Source: Coprobacillaceae bacterium
GTDB lineage: Bacteria > Bacillota_I > Bacilli_A > Erysipelotrichales > Coprobacillaceae
Assembly (NCBI GenBank): GCA_963675515.1
Contig: OY776328.1
Coordinates: forward strand, 2,849,240-2,881,239
Direction of reading: 5' to 3'
DNA: 32,000 nucleotides
Each line of letters begins with the position of its first letter. Position 1 is the stretch's first letter. Shown one piece after another: positions 28,128 to 32,000 of this stretch. The notes under the pieces are model-generated. The model did not search any database and was not told the DNA's origin. It saw only the letters and a program-made list of their open reading frames with translations. The position numbers were made by a program, and so were the translations under genes.

Positions 28128-28580
28128 ATGACCCCAAACGAAAAAGTTGAAAAAATTCTGAAAGAACATGATCTCATCAGTCTGGCAAGTATCAGTGTGG
28201 ATGGAAAACCTAAAGTACGCTCTGTTGATTTTGTTATGGGTGATGATATCAGTACCCTCTATTTTATTACCAACAGGAACACAGATAAAGTGAATGAACT
28301 CAAAAACAATAAGAATGTTCATATAAGTGTCGATCATTCCTGTCCCTCCATGGAGGAGCTGGCTCAGCTTTCTTACATTAAGGGGGAAGGTACAGTTAAA
28401 ATTGCAGAAACTCCGGAAGAATCAGGGATGATTTTCGGGAGGATAATTGAGAAATTCCCCTATCTGCAAAACCTGCCCGGTGACCCTTCAGACTTTGTCG
28501 GAATTACTGTCAAATTAAATCAGATATTTCTGACGGATAATACGATTTCTTTCGGACATACCGAGGCCATATCCCTCTAA
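28128..28580 (+). CDS. pyridoxamine 5'-phosphate oxidase family protein (general stress protein 26-like)
   Basis: The track ORF starts at 28059, but ATG 28128 (MTPNEKVEKILKEHDLISLASISVDGKPKVRSVDFV..LYFITNRNTDKVNELKNNKNVHISV) matches the usual N-terminus of this ~150-aa family. A TTGACA (28049-28054) -17 nt- TAGTAC promoter-like pair lies upstream. Confidence 0.7.
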   Translation: MTPNEKVEKILKEHDLISLASISVDGKPKVRSVDFVMGDDISTLYFITNRNTDKVNELKNNKNVHISVDHSCPSMEELAQLSYIKGEGTVKIAETPEESGMIFGRIIEKFPYLQNLPGDPSDFVGITVKLNQIFLTDNTISFGHTEAISL

Positions 28581-28982
28581 TATGTCTGATCCTTCTGTGC
28601 AGATTTTTAAACTGCTCCTTTGCAATGGAGTATTCCTGTCATTTAGATAGTGGATAACAGGAATCCCTGATGGAAATACATTCTGATCATCCCGTTCATC
28701 TGGATGATCAGATAAAACAGACGAAGAAGCAGAGAAATCTGAACACCGAACATCGAGATAATTTCAAACTGACTTCCGGAATTTTAAAAAGTAACCGTTC
28801 TTTATTTTTTTAAGTTCAGCCAGCAATCAAAAACAGTCTAATTCTTTAAAGGTCTATAAAGTAATACTTGCGGATCTGAAAATAGTAGAAGATTTGAAAA
28901 AAAAGTGTTATAAACATATACAATATAAAAAGTCATTCCCCCACCTGCTGTATTCGATGGATAAGACAGATAGAGGTTATAT

Positions 28983-29588
28983 ATGAAAAGCGAAGAAAAA
29001 CGTCAGAAAATCATAGAAGCCGGTGCGAATTTGATACATGAAAATGGTTTCAACAATACAGGATTAAAAGAGATAACTGATGCTGTGGGGATACCTAAAG
29101 GATCTTTTTATTATTTCTTTAAAAGTAAGGATGACTTTGGTCTTAAAGTTATAGATTACTATTCAGGTTTCTTTTCCAGGATCGCCCGTCAGATGCTGGC
29201 TCTGCCTGAAAAAAGTGCCTTAGAAAGAATGGAAGAGCACTTTATATTTTTTGAGAACTATTTTATTCAGAATGACTATGGCAGGGGGTGTCCTGTTGGG
29301 AACCTTGCACAGGAGATGGGGAGTCATAATACTGAATTTGCAGAGAGCCTTTACTCAGTAATGCAGAATATGAGTGATAGTGTTTATATGTTCCTTCAAG
29401 AGGCAGCTGAGAATAAAGAGATCCCCAGGATAAATGCTTCCAAATCCATGGCAGACTTTATTATCGACAGCTGGGAAGGGACAATCCTCCGAATGAAGGT
29501 ACAGCACGATATTAGTCCTCTTTCCACATGGAGAAAGTACATCTGCCGGACTCTTCTGCTTATGGATAAGGCCGGTTCAGGTTTATAG
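28983..29588 (+). CDS. TetR/AcrR-family transcriptional regulator
   Basis: 201 aa. KRQKIIEAGANLIHENGFNNTGLKEITDAVGIPKGSFYYFFKSKDDF is a canonical TetR N-terminal HTH. Confidence 0.85.
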   Translation: MKSEEKRQKIIEAGANLIHENGFNNTGLKEITDAVGIPKGSFYYFFKSKDDFGLKVIDYYSGFFSRIARQMLALPEKSALERMEEHFIFFENYFIQNDYGRGCPVGNLAQEMGSHNTEFAESLYSVMQNMSDSVYMFLQEAAENKEIPRINASKSMADFIIDSWEGTILRMKVQHDISPLSTWRKYICRTLLLMDKAGSGL

Positions 29589-29647
29589 AATAGCGGAAGC
29601 TGAATTGTGCAACTGTTGGAAATGTAAACATTTTTCTCAGCAGGTAA

Positions 29648-30775
29648 TTAATTAAAAGACCTCTCATGAAACAGGGACCGTTCCATTTTTAAGAGAGTCA
29701 AAACAGCATCGGATACCCGGTCCTCGAATGTCTCAGCGAAGGGATCCGTGATTTCAACCACACAATTTTCTGATGCATACACTCTTCTGGATTTCTGTTG
29801 TGAGATACTATTTGATAGTATGGTTACATCTTCAGGATCAGTCTCTCCGGCAAGTAAAGCTTTCAGGACATCTGGATTCGGCTCCGAAGACAAGATTAAC
29901 AAAGCCCGGGCAGTGCCCGCTTGGTGTAAACCTCTGCCTTTTAGCCATTGAGCCATAGGAATAACTTGTGACGATACATTGGGTATAGATAGACAGATAT
30001 CCTCCCGGGTCATTTGATTTAACAAATCTTGAGCTGAAACGGAGCAAGCGGGCGCTGCAATCGTGACAACAGCACGCGCTGTATGTGTATTTGTCGTTAT
30101 ATAGGTTTTAACCCGCTGCCTGCCAACTTCAGACTTTAAACCTCTAATGGTATATGAATATGTTACAATCTCTATATCAGCAAAAAATTGACGATTCAGA
30201 AAATATGGTAAATGACCGGAATATTCAGTTTGTGAAACACCCTCAAAAGAGAATAGAAATACGTCGGGAGCAGAACTTTTATCTGTATCCTGAATGTCCC
30301 ATGCTTCTTTAGCGGATAAAATACAGGGAACCATAATATAGGCATCACAGAAGGGGAGGGTAATTCTTTCTTTCTGTTTTTTTAAGGATTTCACTTCATT
30401 CATAACAGATTCTCGATCTTTTGTACTAAATCGGGTGCCATTATAAGAGGTCCCAGTTCCGTTTCGACGGGTGTAAGCCCAAACTTCAAGGATGGTTCCA
30501 TTTTCAAGAGTGACCAGAACTTTTTCCCGCCTGTAATAGGGGATTTCTTCCCATTGATCCATCGAATAAACAGCATAGACATCAACTTCCAGAATACATC
30601 CCCTGACAACTCCGGATGTTTCAGGTTTGATAAATAGATATCCGTCTTTACTGGAAGTGAATAGAGACCATCCTGATAATGTGGCTTTTTGTTTTTTACA
30701 GCTGTACCCGAACAGACTCTTCTGTATTTCTGAATCCTGAAGAGTGCCATATGAGAAAATCCACTGTTTTTCCAT
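29648..30775 (-). CDS. two-domain protein: N-terminal gamma-glutamylcyclotransferase/AIG2-like (GGACT) domain plus a ~250-aa C-terminal region with no family I recognise
   Basis: 375 aa. WIFSYGTLQDSEIQKSLFG and VYSMDQWEEIPYYRREKVLV follow the YGTL ... LD.yEg..Y.R pattern of the AIG2/GGACT fold (residues 1 to about 110, nt ~30446-30775). Residues from about 120 to 375 match nothing I can name. Confidence 0.55.
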   Translation of the reverse strand: MEKQWIFSYGTLQDSEIQKSLFGYSCKKQKATLSGWSLFTSSKDGYLFIKPETSGVVRGCILEVDVYAVYSMDQWEEIPYYRREKVLVTLENGTILEVWAYTRRNGTGTSYNGTRFSTKDRESVMNEVKSLKKQKERITLPFCDAYIMVPCILSAKEAWDIQDTDKSSAPDVFLFSFEGVSQTEYSGHLPYFLNRQFFADIEIVTYSYTIRGLKSEVGRQRVKTYITTNTHTARAVVTIAAPACSVSAQDLLNQMTREDICLSIPNVSSQVIPMAQWLKGRGLHQAGTARALLILSSEPNPDVLKALLAGETDPEDVTILSNSISQQKSRRVYASENCVVEITDPFAETFEDRVSDAVLTLLKMERSLFHERSFN

Positions 30776-30864
30776 TTATTGGAATCCTTTGGGTTTTATA
30801 CTGAATTCTAATTTAGCTTATAAAGCTGTCAATATTATATGGGGGGAGTCTGCCTTAATACTTT

Positions 30865-31470
30865 TTAAGTTTTATCCAAACTATCAATCAATTTTGCTGA
30901 TCCTGCTCCACAGGATATTATTGACCGCATAGCTGCTTCTATTTTCACATCTACTTTATGAACATACTGCGGTTCCAGATGAAAGATCTGTCCTGTAGTC
31001 GGATTCGGACCCGTAGGGACAAAAACAGAGAACATTCCATTTTTATGTTCATCAGTTATAAATGCTGTAGCCAGCGTTTTATTTTCAAAGAGCTGTACTA
31101 ACGCTACCTGAGAAAAGGGAGATTTATTCTTACCCAGGAATTGTGTCACCGTTTCTTTTACGAGAGAGTATCCAGGTGCGAACCGGGCGAGTTTATTCTC
31201 TAATTTCTCATGTATGAAGCGGCCAAATCCCGTTCTTACGAGTAGTCCCAGAAAGAAGCAGATTCCTGTGATAATCGCAATGACTACTATGTCGGCAACA
31301 AACTCAGGAATCCGGATTCCCGAGTTAATGATGAGGCTTGTGAGTGGTTGGATGAGATCCGTTATTTTAACATAGAGCCAGTTAAAAAGTATGAATACTA
31401 TTATACTTGGAAGAATTACAACCAATCCACCGATTACTGTTGTTTTCAGTACGCTTATTAATTTTTTCAT
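30865..31470 (-). CDS. DUF502 domain-containing membrane protein
   Basis: 201 aa with two N-terminal TM helices. SVFVPTGPNPTTGQIFHLEPQYV matches the conserved DUF502 VFVPTTPNPTSG core. Confidence 0.7.
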   Translation of the reverse strand: MKKLISVLKTTVIGGLVVILPSIIVFILFNWLYVKITDLIQPLTSLIINSGIRIPEFVADIVVIAIITGICFFLGLLVRTGFGRFIHEKLENKLARFAPGYSLVKETVTQFLGKNKSPFSQVALVQLFENKTLATAFITDEHKNGMFSVFVPTGPNPTTGQIFHLEPQYVHKVDVKIEAAMRSIISCGAGSAKLIDSLDKT

Positions 31471-31689
31471 AGTGTCTCTCTTCTCTCTTGTTTAGTTCAT
31501 TGCTATTAGAATGATACTACTGCAATAACTCCAGAATCTATGAAAAAATAATTTATCCGACAGATTTCATTTTATTAAAACGGTACTCATCAATCATTTT
31601 TTTAATACAGAAGCTATTATATAAAGATTAAATACATTTTCTTTATTTAACAGCTTCTTATTTTCAGGAGAGTAAACGGTTCTGCCCGG

Positions 31690-32000
31690 CTACTTCTTCA
31701 GTATCCCTGTCAATTCGGATGGCTCTGCTCTATTACGATAGTCTCCATCTAAAAAGGCATATATTATGCGGCCCTCTTCATCAATTATATATGTTGCCGC
31801 CAATGGCAGTTGGTTAGAATCATCCCCGTTATAGCTTTCTACATCAAAGCTGCTATTATAGATTTCTGCCACATCATCTGTCAGCTTAAAAACTATATTG
31901 TAATTTTGAGCAATTTTATTACCCACATCACTCAGCACTTCAAATTTCAATTTATGTTTTTCTGATGTACTTAATGATCTATCAGGCAGTTCAGGAGTTA
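31690..32000 (-). CDS. peroxiredoxin-like (AhpC/TSA/redoxin family) protein; N-terminus outside the window
   Basis: The frame is open to the window edge: ..LPDRSLSTSEKHKLKFEVLSDVGNKIAQNYNIV...LPLAATYIIDEEGRIIYAF. This pattern is typical of the C-terminal half of thioredoxin-fold peroxiredoxin-like proteins. The track's start at 31950 is only a TTG inside the gene. Confidence 0.65.
   Translation of the reverse strand, partial: TPELPDRSLSTSEKHKLKFEVLSDVGNKIAQNYNIVFKLTDDVAEIYNSSFDVESYNGDDSNQLPLAATYIIDEEGRIIYAFLDGDYRNRAEPSELTGILKK

Noticed and set aside
1-32000. Search for CRISPR arrays, tRNA, rRNA and riboswitch-like leaders.
   Set aside because: The only regularly spaced direct repeats are the 23-bp IS21 terminal units, which have no unique spacers. 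I recognised no cloverleaf-capable 70-90-nt segments or rRNA-like stretches in the intergenic regions. A covariance-model scan would be needed to exclude small ncRNAs.

Overview
32-kb bacterial chromosomal window with about 35 genes. GC is moderate by eye. The taxon cannot be assigned from sequence alone, though the loose lipoboxes and the SufCBDSU layout would fit a spirochaete-like or Gram-positive-like lineage. Content from left to right: (1) a probable envelope-lipid operon: a CDP-alcohol phosphatidyltransferase::FkbM methyltransferase fusion, an LtaS/sulfatase-like membrane enzyme and an MFS transporter. (2) Redox and stress genes: a CFA-synthase-like methyltransferase, pirin, a PQQ-dependent sugar dehydrogenase lipoprotein, a ferritin-like protein and a flavodoxin-fold quinone reductase. 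(3) A DUF59/sufC/B/D/S/U Fe-S assembly operon. (4) A TetR-linked operon: a DUF2271-like lipoprotein carrying a flavinylation-type DGITGAT motif, a small beta-barrel OMP and an Fe-S flavoprotein, with two copies of an ATGTTAC-N6-GTAACAT palindrome. (5) A quinone oxidoreductase, a TIGR02757/DUF2400 gene and a long acyl-CoA dehydrogenase. (6) An OhrR-type operon: FAD disulfide reductase, OhrR and DUF1499. (7) An intact IS21-family element (istA/istB) with tandem 23-bp terminal repeats. (8) A PNPOx-family gene, a second TetR, an orphan GGCT/AIG2-domain fusion protein, DUF502 and a peroxiredoxin-like gene cut by the window edge. I saw no rRNA, tRNA or CRISPR array. Main caveat: at least 18 single-nucleotide indels, mostly at short homopolymers, break 11 otherwise well-conserved genes, including sufB, sufD and sufS. 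They cluster at 1-4 kb, 10.7-14.5 kb and 17.9-21.7 kb, and I found none at 5-10.7 kb or 22-32 kb. Genes called 'pseudogene' below are broken as assembled and may be intact in the organism.
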